Of a stretch of 64,000 nucleotides of DNA, positions 44,488-58,062 are shown in pieces. A program made the translations under genes and the position numbers. Position 1 is the stretch's first letter. Each line of letters begins with the position of its first letter. Origin of the DNA: Tricharina praecox (lineage: Eukaryota); assembly GCF_024521635.1 (NCBI RefSeq), contig NW_026250415.1:620001-684000 (forward strand). The letters run 5' to 3'. The notes beneath the pieces were generated by a model. It was given only the letters and a program-made list of their open reading frames with translations, did not search any database and was not told where the DNA came from.

Positions 44488-45991
44488 TCACCCGCTCTCC
44501 ACCCCCATTCCCCAGGAGCATTCGCACTCCTGATTCCCGCCTTCGGGCACACCCCGTGCACCATCACCACCATCAGCCGCGGGGTCGGAAGCCTCCACAA
44601 ACTCCTCAAACTCCCTAACGAATTCCATCTCCTCCACCGCCACCACCTTGCCATCCCGTATCCGCAGCGTCCCACAATACGCTCCACGGGAGACCACCCC
44701 GGGCTCATCCTCCCGCACACGAGAGTCCCGGCGCTCGCGCACCGTCGTCCGGCCCGGCCACACGGGAATGTCTGTGCCCGCGGTGCCCGCCGTGGGCGTG
44801 AACGCCAGCGGGTCCGCGTCGATGTATAGGTCGATCGAGAGCAGGGTGTGGCCCCAGACACATCTTGTCACATCCTCGTCCCCCAGGCCAGTGTATTCTG
44901 GTAGCTCGGCGAGCAGGTCCGCCGCCGTCGCGTTGTCGGGGATCGCGAATGATTGCGGGGTCCCGTTGCCACGTGATAGGCGGCTGGTGATGTTGTAGGC
45001 GTACGTCACCTTGTCGTGCGGGATATCGGCGAAGTACCGCGCTACTCCGGCGCTGTCGCGCGTGTACTGCAGGCGGCTCGCAGGGAAGTACGGCGGTGAC
45101 CGCGGGAGGAGGATGTATGATGTCTCTATCCCCGCGGCGGAGAAGTCGGGGACGGTGAGCGGGCTGCGGATGAGCTCCCAGGTGAACGGGGAGGGGCCGT
45201 AGGAGGCGCACGACCACAGGGAGTCGTTGATCGTGCAGTTGCTGTTGCTTGAGGAGGCGGGCAGGCGGAAGTGGAAGATCCCGGGGTTTAGGAACGGGAG
45301 CGGGCGGATTGTATATCCCGATCTGTATTGTACATGTCGTTAGCTGGTGATCTGATGTCTGGTGAGAGAGAGTGCGTGCATACCCATCATCCGCCGCCTC
45401 CTCCGTCTCTTCCACATCTTCGGAGCTTGATCGCACACCAAATACCACTGCAACCACAAGGACCAGGGATAGAAACAGCATGACGGGGATGGTGATACAC
45501 CAGCACTTCTTCCACTCCTTTCCCTCAGAAACCCACACCCGTCCCCCCACCCTTCCCCCGCATCGAAACATCTCCCATACAGACGCGGTGGCCCGGTACT
45601 TTGGTGGCTCCTCGTGCGGTAGTGGCACGGGTGTGTATGCCGGCGGCCCCTCGGGCGACGATGGGTCCTGCAGTGATTCGAGATTTATACTTGGCTCGCG
45701 GTGGTGGGCGGGCTCTGGAACAGTGATGTGGCCCGTGGAGACGAAGGGGGGTGGGAATAGTCCCCGGCCGTTCCAGGGCACCGAGGAGATGGAGTGGTTG
45801 GAAGAGCGGGAGGAGGAGGAGGAGCGAGGCCTGGTGGGGATCTCGCGGATTGAGTCCCCGCTGCTGATGCTGCTGCTGCTGCTGGCCGTAGACGTAGTGC
45901 TAGCGCTGGCGATACTCACGAGGCTCATGGAAGGAGCGATGGAAATGATGGGGATATCGTGGGAATGTCCCAGCGGCCCAGCCGCAGCCAT
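44488..45991 (-). CDS. Fungal single-pass (type II) membrane protein with a Cys/Trp-patterned extracellular domain; intron 45323-45383
   Basis: Ser-rich N-terminus with PPAY and PPKY, one TM helix (ITIPVMLFLSLVLVVAVVFGV), then CTINDSLWSC...RCVWGHT...CECSW with N-glycosylation sequons. Confidence 0.75.
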
Positions 45992-46856
45992 GATGTTGGG
46001 GGGAGGTGGCTTTACGTATCACACCCACACCGTTTGTCCGTTCTCTGCAAGCAGCTGGCCCGTGTCGGAATACCAATGGATGCGGCTGCGGTGCAGATCA
46101 TGGCGGTCCAATCGTGTGCCGCGGATAGGCGATTCTGTACGACGGTCGCTGGAGAGGCGTGCGAGTAGATGCGGCTCATTATGCGGACACATGGTAGATT
46201 TGGACTTGGGTATGCGTTCTTTGGACGATTGAATGCGCGTAGAGTATGGGGTAAGTGTAGCGGAATAATCTTTCCGGTCTCTTGTAGAGAACCGCAGTCG
46301 TCGGGCATTGCTTGGCTGTAACATATCTGCAGGAGGAACAGTTGCAGCTGACAGGCGGGTCACGGCTCCGTGGTCGCTCAACAAGTAGAAAAAGCAAACA
46401 ACAAATGGATGATGCGGTGGCTGGAAAACCGTCATGCGTGGAAACACAGACGACCAAGTAGAAAGACACTGGCTCCGCCATGAGCTGTACAGGCTGGAAT
46501 CAAAATTTGTGAATATGGCAAAAGAAATACATTTTGAAGCCGGGAAGAAGATGACGCCGGCACCACTCCTTTCTGTAGCCATAATAGCCATAATAGCCAT
46601 AGCCGTAACACAATCTACCGTACACATTCCCGGGCCGCCTCAAATTCCCGAGTCACTCGCGGCCCAAGCCACGAGTGAGATTGCGTGGACTAGCCTACTG
46701 AGTCGCTCCATGTGGTTCGATGCAATCGTCGGAAGCCCATGACAATTCGTTCCCTGGAAACTTTGTTCGAGCTGGCTACGACAACTTTCGGCGTCGCCCC
46801 GCGATGCGTTGTGGCTCCAGGCCACAAAGTCTGTCCGGAAGGCAACACTGTGTCGC

Positions 46857-48361
46857 TCAGCCTGCAGAGAGATTGGTCTCCCCAGGTTTTGACTGAGGCC
46901 ACCAGGCTGCCCGTACGACTACTGGAAGCTCCATGAACGATTCCCGATTTGACAGTGCAGACGGAGTCAGACGGGACGGTGACGAGCGGCCTCCCTCCTC
47001 AGCACCGGCCTTGCTCGCAGGCAACGAAACATACGAGTCGAACGACTGTCTCCTGGTCGGCGGAATGATTCCCAACTGCTGTCGTTCGAGTGAGCAGCTG
47101 CCGAGCCTTCCCTGCTGCTGTTGCAAAGGGTATTCCGTAACGAGACTCCTCCCTCCATTCCCATTCCGACTCCACCCTCGAACCAGAACTCGCAGGAACG
47201 GCATGACAAGCACCAGGGTGGCACAGCAGATCTCGGCCACGTACGCCAGCTGAACCCGAGCGACCCGGGTGCGCACCTCGAGGATAAAGGCGATATCGTC
47301 TGGCTCCGTCGGGTCCCGCTTTATGTTGGTGATTTGGGAATCGATCCGGAGGGCACTCCCGGCGATTCCGGCGCCCACTGTGCACATCCCGAGAGCGAAG
47401 ACGAAGACGAAGGCTTTACGCTCGCCGCCGTGCATGGGTATGTAGCTGAAGATGATGACTGGGATTGCGAGGACTAAGGGTGGGGGTGAGGTGGGGTCAG
47501 TACGGTGTCGAGGGGCTTGACAGCGGATGATGGGGCTAAAGGGGAAGGAGTTTACGTACCCATCGTTTCGGAAAGTAGGTGCAGGATGCTGACCCATAGC
47601 AGTCCGAACTTGCTCGTCTGGATGCTGCAGTATTCGTCCTCGTCCAAGCTCCTGATTCCTGTTAGAGTAGACTCCAAAGGGGGCGGATGTGCCGTATTCG
47701 ACGAGAGAAGGAATGGACCAACCAATTCCTGGACAATGGTCGACACCACAGAACAGCAACCATGAGCACAGCCAAGAAGGTACAAATGCAGAGGGCCGCC
47801 GTGGCTTTGATAAGCTTGGGAACGTAGGCAGGAAGGCGGCCGGCTTTCGAGATATCGGCGTACATGCAGAGGAAGGCGCCCTGGAGAGAAACGGCCACAG
47901 GAGGTCAGCCTGCCGTAACGCATTCGACTATAGATGTAAATAAGACTTGCCTTGACGCTCCAAAGAGCGATCATCCAGGCGTACTGAATATATGTGTGCG
48001 CCTGCAATTGATGTTAGCCAGCCAGACCATATCCCGAAGTCTCCGTACGAGATGCCATCCGGTTGCGTGCCTTGAAACTCTGGGCAAAGTAGATCCGGTA
48101 GTCAGTGCTATTGAGCGGAATGTTCTGGCTCTGAAAGGACATCTCTCGCCAGTTGATCAGGATATCCATCGCAATAACCGAAGTTGCAAAGAAAAGGACG
48201 ATGGCGAACAAGATCTCGCGCCCAACCGTTGTCGGAGTCCACATGATGGGCATGTCGCGTTTTCTGCATCTCAGCAGAAACCGCAATATCACCGCACAGA
48301 ACGGAAAGACATACACGCAGTGGTCAAAGATGATGTTCTGGAGCGGAGTCATCTGGGACAT
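46857..48361 (-). CDS. Pth11-like (rhodopsin-domain) 7-TM GPCR without a CFEM domain; four introns, two GC-AG (48002-48070, 47881-47950)
   Basis: Spliced product shows AVILRF, WSVKGAFLCMY, WCRPLSRNW, LAIP, VFALG and EICCATLVLVMPFLR, the usual Pth11-like motif order. Confidence 0.8.
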
Positions 48362-50580
48362 ACGGGGCGGCGAGTGGCGGCGGGCGACGAGACAGCGGCG
48401 TCCTGCCGTAGGAAATTGTCGAAAAATTCTATCACTTGCACGGAGGGGTGTCGAAGACTCGAAGAAGTCATGCAATACTTGTAGTTGGAATGCGAAATAA
48501 GCATTCGTATCTGCCGCACCAACTCGGTACCTGCACCAATCATTTCCCCACGCTCTGCTCGTGCCGCAGAAGACTCCACGATTCCAACTACACCTGGTTT
48601 GGCGATGCGTGGTTTAGGGGCGGCGCAGCCCCCCACCTCACCGGGAAATACCGGACGGCACATTCAGGTACATACGGTGCACATCAGCTTACTTGGGATC
48701 AGCGGCCGCACGGTAACTATAATAGTCTGTACTTATTGAGGGGGCGTGCTGCAGGTACAGAGGACATGGAACGGGTGCGAATCTCCGAGACAGATATGTA
48801 GTTATATGTGACTGCGGGGCGAGTCGTCCATCCGCACCTTCGGGATGAAGTCGAACCGCATGCTCCAGTGACCACCTCCAAGTACGTTCTGGTTGCCAGG
48901 CTGCTCCCGACGCTCCGGAGACGATATTCGCACACCCAAACAATCAGCAATCAGCAATCCAGCAATAGCCCTTTCCCGTGCCATACAAGTTAGATTTAAA
49001 AGTATTCGGTACCAAATGGCATTCTCTCGTTTGCCTGTCTCTTTCGTTGCGTGGCTTCCAGCGTTCCAGCGTTCCGGCAGTCCCGCGTAGCTTGCATAGC
49101 CCATCACACAAACTCGAAACCGGTCTAGACGCGGATCACCCGGCTCCCTTCCAGGAGCGATGGGGGAGCATGTGCATCTTCCGCGCTCGGACGCGAGAAA
49201 CATCTATCTATCGGTTATTGGTCGATAAGTAGGTACGCTCAGACTTCCGAGACCATTAACGAAGAGTCGATATTCCCGTCTATCCCCTAGGCTTCCCATT
49301 TCGAGGGATGGATAGCGGGGCTTCCGCTCGTGCATGGATAGATAGACTTTCTTCCCCCAGACAACAAAGTTTCGTGCCTGAGGGATTAAATAACTATGTC
49401 GTTCGAAATGTCATCCATCACACCGAGTATATAAGGCGGAGAGTCTATTCTTAAAGAAGGTTTGCGGGAATATGACCCAAACAATTATGTCATGTGTATG
49501 GGGAAAGTGTCCCTGGATCAGCGACAATGCAGCCCTTACCCTTCTACCCTATTGTAACACAACAACCCTAACCCTAGGCGGCTGAAGAGGTCCCCCGTCA
49601 AGGTTTATCAAAGTGATTCCTCACACCGATTTGAGTATTTACTCGTGAACATGACGAAGTTTTCACACAGAGACAGCAGTCTTCGTTATAAAATCTGCTG
49701 ACGGATTATTTAGAGTAGACTAGATGCATGTCCTTATTCATGTCCTTTTCAACATTCGTATTCGCGCCCATGGGAGGGAACGGAATTAAACTTCACTCAA
49801 CCCTCTGTTACGCGGTGACATGGCTATTTTTTCCGGTCGCAGTGCCTGAGTACACGGGAACCCTTCCTATCGATTTACAAGTCGCTGGAGGCTCTCGTAC
49901 TGCTCCTGAGACCTCCGAGTGAGCGCTCATGATGCGGTTACATTGTGACTTAGATCCACTCGAACCGACCATTCGATCTGGATGTCCTTATGGCGCTCTA
50001 ACCTATCGGCGATTGTCATTGAATTCTCCCTTTGAAAAGAGATATGTACCAGATGATGATGGGTCACCATCATATTGCAGTGGTACCGGTTATTTTGTAG
50101 GATATTCAGGTTAAATAGAAACTCTCCAGACAGAATGGCTCATTGCAAGGGGTGCAAGAGCAAGTCGCGTCTCTAGCGCGATAGTGCGCGTAGAAGGTTG
50201 ATGTCTGATGGGAACTGCAACGCGCCAACCTCCCGCCTTTCGCACTTAGAGTTCTTGGGTCACTCCTTGTCAGATCGCATGGCTTGCTAGCCCAACTTCA
50301 CTCACCACGACAACCAACAAACCAAACGAACCACTTCCCCTCTACCTTCTCTCTCCTCCGTTACTCTACCTACCCACACCATTAAACTCTCCCTGCACAT
50401 GACCACAACTCTTCCCCGACTCAAGTTTCCTTCTCATCGACACTTCCTCTCTTCAACTCGACACTCCTCCTTCTCCTTCAGCTTGACACTCTTCGGCTCT
50501 ACAGATTGGCCCCTCTTATCGGCTTTCTGCAACTGAGCCGACGGTAAATAACTGCCAAGTTTTGTTGCCGAACCGTCAAC

Positions 50581-50586
50581 ACGCGT
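50581..50586 (+). promoter_or_regulatory. MCB-like ACGCGT upstream of HST3, with further CGCG cores at ~50165-50225
   Basis: Perfect ACGCGT about 85 nt before the ATG; Hst3 is cell-cycle regulated in yeasts. Confidence 0.3.
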
Positions 50587-50670
50587 CTGTTCCCCATACC
50601 AACCACAACCCTCAACAAACCCAACCGACCGAACAACCAAAGAAACTCCACACCCTCACAATTGAGAAAA

Positions 50671-52625
50671 ATGCCGATAATCACAGTCGCTCCGGACTGT
50701 GCCCGGCAGCTCCAGCTGATCGCCGATGCAATTGCTCGCTCGAAGAAGGTGGTCGTTGTCACTGGTGCCGGAATCTCAACCAACTGCGGAATACCTGTAA
50801 GTGCTAACTTATTTACACCACCCCTCCCACAACAAAACAATTCCAACTCCTAGTCCGAGAGGAAGAAAAAATAACCCCCACATACTAATGCAATTTCCGA
50901 TATCAGGACTTCCGCTCTGCCGATGGCTTGTACAATCTCGTCAAAGCCCAGTACCCCAACGCTGTGGTCAAAGGACGTGATCTTTTCGACGCCGTTCTCT
51001 GGACCGACCCCGGCTCCACAGCCCTTTTCTATACTTTTCTCGCAAACCTCCGCAATGAGGTCTTGAACGTCAAAGACACTTCCTCGGTGCACAAATTGAT
51101 AAAGACCCTCGCCGATGCCGGCAGACTCTTGCGTTGCTACACGCAAAACATCGACGGACTCGAGGAGAGGGAAGGTCTGGTCTCGAGCCTGTCATATGGA
51201 AAAGGAAAGCGGAAGAGGCCTTCGCCTCTCACTGAGGAGGACAACCGTACCGACCGGGAGAAGGGCTGCCAGGTTGTGCAGCTTCACGGAAACCTGAAGA
51301 CGCTTCGGTGCACCAACTGCCACCTTTTGGCCGAATACTCCGAGTCGTCGGTCCAAACCCTGCTGTCGGGCGAGGCCCCCCCCTGTATGGCCTGTACTGT
51401 GGCCTCCAATTGTCGCCAGGCCGCCGGAAAGCGTGCTACCAGAATCGGTCTCCTCCGCCCCAACGTTGTCCTCTACGGAGAAGAACACCCCGATGGAGAT
51501 ATGGTCGGAGCACTCACCGAGGGTGATCTCGGCGCCAAGCCCGATATCATGTTGATTCTCGGCACTTCCCTGAAGGTGCACGGCTTGAAGCGTATAGTCA
51601 AGGAGTTCGCGGCTGCCATCCATGCGAGGAATGGAATCGTGGTGTTTATCAATAACACGGCACCCTCGGAGAGCGTGTGGAACGAAGTTATCGACTATTA
51701 CGTCTCTATGGACTGCGATTCTTGGGTTGCCGATGTTCGCGTAAAGCGCCCTGGAATCTGGGAACGTCAGTCGAAGCTTTCTATCCGCAAGGTGACAAAG
51801 ATCACCGAGGGGGACAAGGAAAACGTGCAGGCGCAGAGGAGGGTTCTGGAGCCAAAGACTCCCAAGAAGAAGGCCAAGAAGGCCCTTGCACCGAGCAAGG
51901 TCTTCGGTGCGGAAACGCCATACATCTCCCCACCGCCCTCTAGGAAGCGTGGAGGAAAGAAGAACGATTACAACGCGGCTCCGTCTCTTATGGAATCCGA
52001 TGTACATCGTACGCCGATCAAACGCCAGCAACTTGATGGCAACGTTTTGTCTCCGACCATCAGCCCCCCGGAGACACCATCTTTGGTTGGTCGAATGACC
52101 AACATCACGATCGTGACACCTGCGAGGAGGGGTAGCCCGAAGAAGAATCAGGTGGAAGTTTTCGAGGATGCCGATAGCATGCCCGTTCCGGACACACCTA
52201 GCAAGCATGGTCGCAGGGCGGCGGTCGGGACCGAACGCGGCATCAAGGCCGTGGAGAAGATGCCCGAAATCGAACCGGGTTTCAAGACTCCGAGCAAGCG
52301 TGCCAGCAGGATCGCGGTCAAGACGGAACACGACATCAAGGCCATGGTGGAGATGTCTGAAGGCAAGCCGGAGCCCAAGACTCCGAGCAAGCGTGGCCTT
52401 TGGGCCAAATCGGCAATTGAACTGCAGATCCAGGCGGAGAGCAAGCAAGCTGATGAGGCCGAGTTCAAGAATGGCCTCCCCAAGACCGCCACGCCGAGGA
52501 AGGTCGCCCCCAAGCAGGCCACTCTCGAGATTGGTCCCGGTGTCCCCGCCCTCCCCGTCGAGGCCACTCCACCGAGGCGCAGCCTGCGCAATATCAAGGT
52601 CACCTACGAACCCCTTAAGGGTTAA
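50671..52625 (+). CDS. HST3: NAD+-dependent histone deacetylase, Hst3/Hst4-type sirtuin; intron 50797-50907
   Basis: VVVTGAGISTNCGIP|DFRS, YTQNIDGLE, LHG, CxxC...CxxC zinc site, LRPNVVLYGEEHP and GTSLKVHG. Confidence 0.9.
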
Positions 52626-52959
52626 TGTTCTTTCCTGATGATATCTCTCTTTTGTTCGGCGTTTGTCTTTTTTCTTCTTTTTCTTTCACGGCTAATAGAT
52701 CTTATTGGTACTGGGGTTACTTGCTGGTTCTTCTGCATGTTTTTCTAGAGTTCCTGTTTGAAATGTCTGCCGCGTGCTGTTTGTTCCTTTTTTTTTACGG
52801 AATTACAATGGAGTTGGATGGGGCGTTTATGTTGTTATCTTTCATTCGGATTGTTTTTTCCTGCTGATGCAACTTATTTTCTTCTCTTCTTAGGTTTCCT
52901 GCGCATGGTTTCGATTCGATCTGTCTATATTTTTACCACACGTTTTTCCTTCCGGTTTT

Positions 52960-53268
52960 CTTTTTTTGCATGTTTGCGGGTATATCTTCCCTACATTTTT
53001 ACTCTTTTTACTTGTTGATGCTACGGTGGGTACACATGGGGGATACTACTGCGATTTTCTTTTTTGCATGTTTCTGGGTATCTGCCCAACATTTTTACTC
53101 TTTTTACTGCGTTGTTGATGCTACGGTGGGTACACATGGGGGATACTACTGTGTTTTTTTTCTTTTCTTTTTTGCATGTTTGTGGGTATATCTGCCCTGC
53201 ATTTGTACTTGTTTTTACTTTATTTTACTCTGTTGTTGATGCTATGGGGGATACTACTGGGGGATACT
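52960..53268. repeat. T-rich tandem repeat, ~3 copies of a ~100-108-bp unit
   Basis: TTTTGCATGTTT..GGGTAT and TGTTGATGCTACGGTGGGTACACATGGGGGATACTACTG recur, with copies starting at ~52961, ~53060 and ~53168. Confidence 0.85.
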
Positions 53269-53750
53269 AACTGGTTTTCTGCGGTCATGTCTATACTTTT
53301 AGCTTTCTGCTTCTTTGTCGATACCACCTACATTATATTTTGTACATAGACCGGTGGGAATATATTGTTCCGTATTATTAAAAACTTGGTCCCAGTAGAG
53401 GCGTGAAGAGTGGTGAAACTTGGGGATAAATCATAGCCACTGCGGGAGTGTTTCGTTGCACGCGAAAGTCTATCATGGAGATCTGGATCCGCTATGTACC
53501 AACAGATTGGGTTGGATCCTTCAGATGAGCGGCCACGGATAAAGTACCAGTGGTAAAGTATAGGTGGACAGTGAGCACAGTCGACCCAAAGCTTGGGCAG
53601 CGTTTGCCATCGGTGCTTCACCAAAGTTTATCAGTCTGGAGGCAGAGTACGTACGGTTCCTCACAGTCGCCGGCCCGTAACCCCAAATCACAGCCAAGTA
53701 CTCTGAGTCCTGGGCATCTAAAGGATATCACAATCTTGAATGCGAGCTCC

Positions 53751-53856
53751 GACGTCTCATTCACTCTCGCATGCACTCACCAAGGTCTCTGACGTTCTAT
53801 TCACTCTCGCATTCGCAGGAAGGAGATGTTTCTGCAACTTCCCATTCACCCTCACG
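53751..53856. repeat. Short, degenerate 3-unit relative of the 4956-5525 minisatellite
   Basis: ACGTCTCATTCACTCTCGC, TATTCACTCTCGC and TCTGCAACTTCCCATTCACCCTCAC at ~40-45-bp spacing, in the same orientation. Confidence 0.65.
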
Positions 53857-54525
53857 TCCATCTAGGTACCTCGTTAGAAAATCCTGAGTCACCACGAATC
53901 CCGCTCCTCCGTGTATGATGTGAATTTTTGCACTAGCAATGCAAGGTCGTTGCCGGAGAAGAGTACCTACCGTAAGCCTCTCTCAAGTGATACAGAGAGT
54001 CATAGCATGCGTGTTAATTAAATGCAATATATTACATGGAAGCGTCCGGTACCCGGCATTTAATCGACCGTAATTCTCCTCCTTAAAGTCCATCTTCATG
54101 CCCATCGATCATTGATCACGCCCACCGATAAAACATTCCCGATCACGGCATTCAACGTACCTACAATTGTCAATCAGTCTGTCCGGACCACCAGTCGAGC
54201 GCTCCTTCGTAGGCCAAGCCGCGAGGACTCGCATCCCTAAATACCCCTACCTTATGACTTGCATCACTAGTCGCCCCAGATTTTGCCCTTTCTCAACGGT
54301 ATGTGAGTACTGACGATCCGAATGTCCAAGAAAGAGCCGCAAATCTGATCTAGGGCTTTTACTTAGGGCTTCCTTGCTCTCCGGCTGCTTCGATCACAGT
54401 AAAGAGGTCCCGGGACTCTTCGCCTCTTCGTTTATCTGTCTGACGATCCGACGACCTACCCGAGAATCCAGCCACACCCTTCTTTTTTGGATATTAGTTT
54501 CCTCTCTACCTCGAATACACACATA

Positions 54526-55829
54526 ATGAACACTCCTCGGGATTCAAAGAAGAACTTCTTTGACGAGCTTCATTCCGTCTACGAAGGCGGCCTAGACGAA
54601 GACGAAGATGAAGACGGGCTGTTCAAACTCCCTTTCAAGCGACACTTTGTGCCTCCTTCTGACACAACACGGTCGACACTTCCCGCAGCTCGGCCGCAAA
54701 CTTCAAGAACACAGTCGGCTCCCACCTCCCAGCCATCGGCTTCGGCAAAATCGCTCCAGGACAAGGTCAGCAGCTCGGATAAGTCCCCGTCAGCCAGACG
54801 AGTGAAGACTACTGGTTCTACTTCATCGACTCCAGTAGCATCGCTCAAAGAAAAGGTCGTCAATACTCCACTACTTGTCGAACCTACTACTAGCATTGGC
54901 TCGGACAATGTCCGGCCAGCCAAGAGGGCAAAAACTGTCAGCTCCATTTCGGAAACCGGCAGAGCTGTGAAGGGAAAGGCCAAAGAGCCGGTAAAGTCAC
55001 TGCTCTCGAAGGAGAGATCCGAGGCCTCGGAGTCGAACGAGCAGCTAAAGACCAAGGACCCGAAAGCTGCGTCGAAGCCCGAAGCCGGGCCTGACACGAA
55101 GCTGCAACTTCCGGAAAGCTTACGCTTCATCGTTCACGACCGAAAGGCGGCGGGGAAGAAGAAGCCTCCCGCGCCAGTTCGGAAGTCTGGCTTGTTCGAC
55201 GGCTTGTATTTCTGTAAGCCCCCCATCCCTCCATAATACACCGATTCTCTCTTTGGTACTGACTCCTGGACAGACTTCGTACCCAACAACCTAACCGGCC
55301 CCGCGCGCAAGTTCCGGATCCAGCGAGCGAGCGAACACGGTGCCTTCTGTCTGAACTCGTGGCGCGCGGATGCGGTCACACATATCGTAGTGGACCGAAC
55401 CTACAACTGGTCGCAGCTGCTCTCGCTGGTGAACGCCGAGATTCCCGACAATGTCATCATCGTCAAGGAGAACTATCCTGGCGATTGCATGCAGTACCGG
55501 AGAATCTTGGATCATACGCAGGAAATGTACCAGATTACCGGACGGGTGTCGAAGCCTGGGCCTGAGCTGGTGCCGGAGCCGGAGCTGGCTGAAATCATGA
55601 ACGAGCCGCCATTGAGTTTGAGGATTAAGGAGAGGAATCGCGTTCAGGAGACGCAGAGATTGTAAGTTATCAATCCCCCACCCCACCTCGTAGCAGCTGG
55701 CAGTAATATGTGCTGACCGGAGGTAGTCATGAGGTGACCCCTCCGCGGGACATGCGCGAAGAAACCCCTCCTCGAAGGACGTCACAGAAGCGGAAGATAC
55801 AAAACGACTCGGATTCAGAGGATTCCTAG
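54526..55829 (+). CDS. BRCT-domain protein resembling the N-terminus of fungal DNA polymerase lambda (Pol4), with no PolX catalytic domain; introns 55214-55273 and 55662-55726
   Basis: LFDGLYFYFVPNN..PARKFRIQRASEHGA...VTHIVVD...VIIVKENYPGDCMQYRRILD..Q..Y matches the Pol lambda BRCT pattern as I recall it; the frame ends at TAG 55827-55829. Confidence 0.7.
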
Positions 55830-56147
55830 AGATGCAGTTCGACGGCACGGAGACTTGCTCGAAAGTTTGAACCGGAGCTTCATTCACAGATTTTGGGAGT
55901 CAGGTGGTGATAATGCCAGGCTAGCTTTTGGGAATGTCCTGACAGAGTAGATTTCATTGTAAATAGTCGTCTATCACCAGTTCTTATTCTATCCGCTCAT
56001 GGGTTCGGGCGTCTGTTACAAGTTTCTAATAAGATACGAAAGTGAGGATGAAGGAGTAAGTCGCGAATGTTACATGTATCATTATCTAAACCCCTCAAAG
56101 AATCACAAACTCCGCACCCCCAATCGTAATATACTGAAAATAGCCCT

Positions 56148-57685
<1,538 letters not shown>

Positions 57686-58062
57686 TGCTAACGGACTGTG
57701 TGGCGGGAGGAGAGAGACGGGGTATCGTTTGCGGGTTCGTGAGATGTGATGCGGCGGTGATGGTAGTGGGTCGTGTTGGTGGCTTCGAGAAGTGTGTTGT
57801 GGATAAAGTTTCACGCTCTCGCTCGTTCGTTCGCGTTTTGGTGCCTGCGGCTCAAGCTGGCCGGAGCAAGGTTAAATCACATGATTCCTTTTATATCCGA
57901 GTGCGGCGCCATGATTCAATACTTGATGGAATGTACCCAAGAGTTCAAGTACATAAAATTTCACGACCATTGCTATGCATCGTATCATTGTTTCGCTACC
58001 CATTGCCAGCTACGCCAAATTCCCAATCCCAAAGTGAACCAAAGAGACAAAAACATTCATGA

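Noticed and set aside
49564..49578. Telomere-like AACCCTAACCCTA
   Set aside because: Only two units, compatible with chance.
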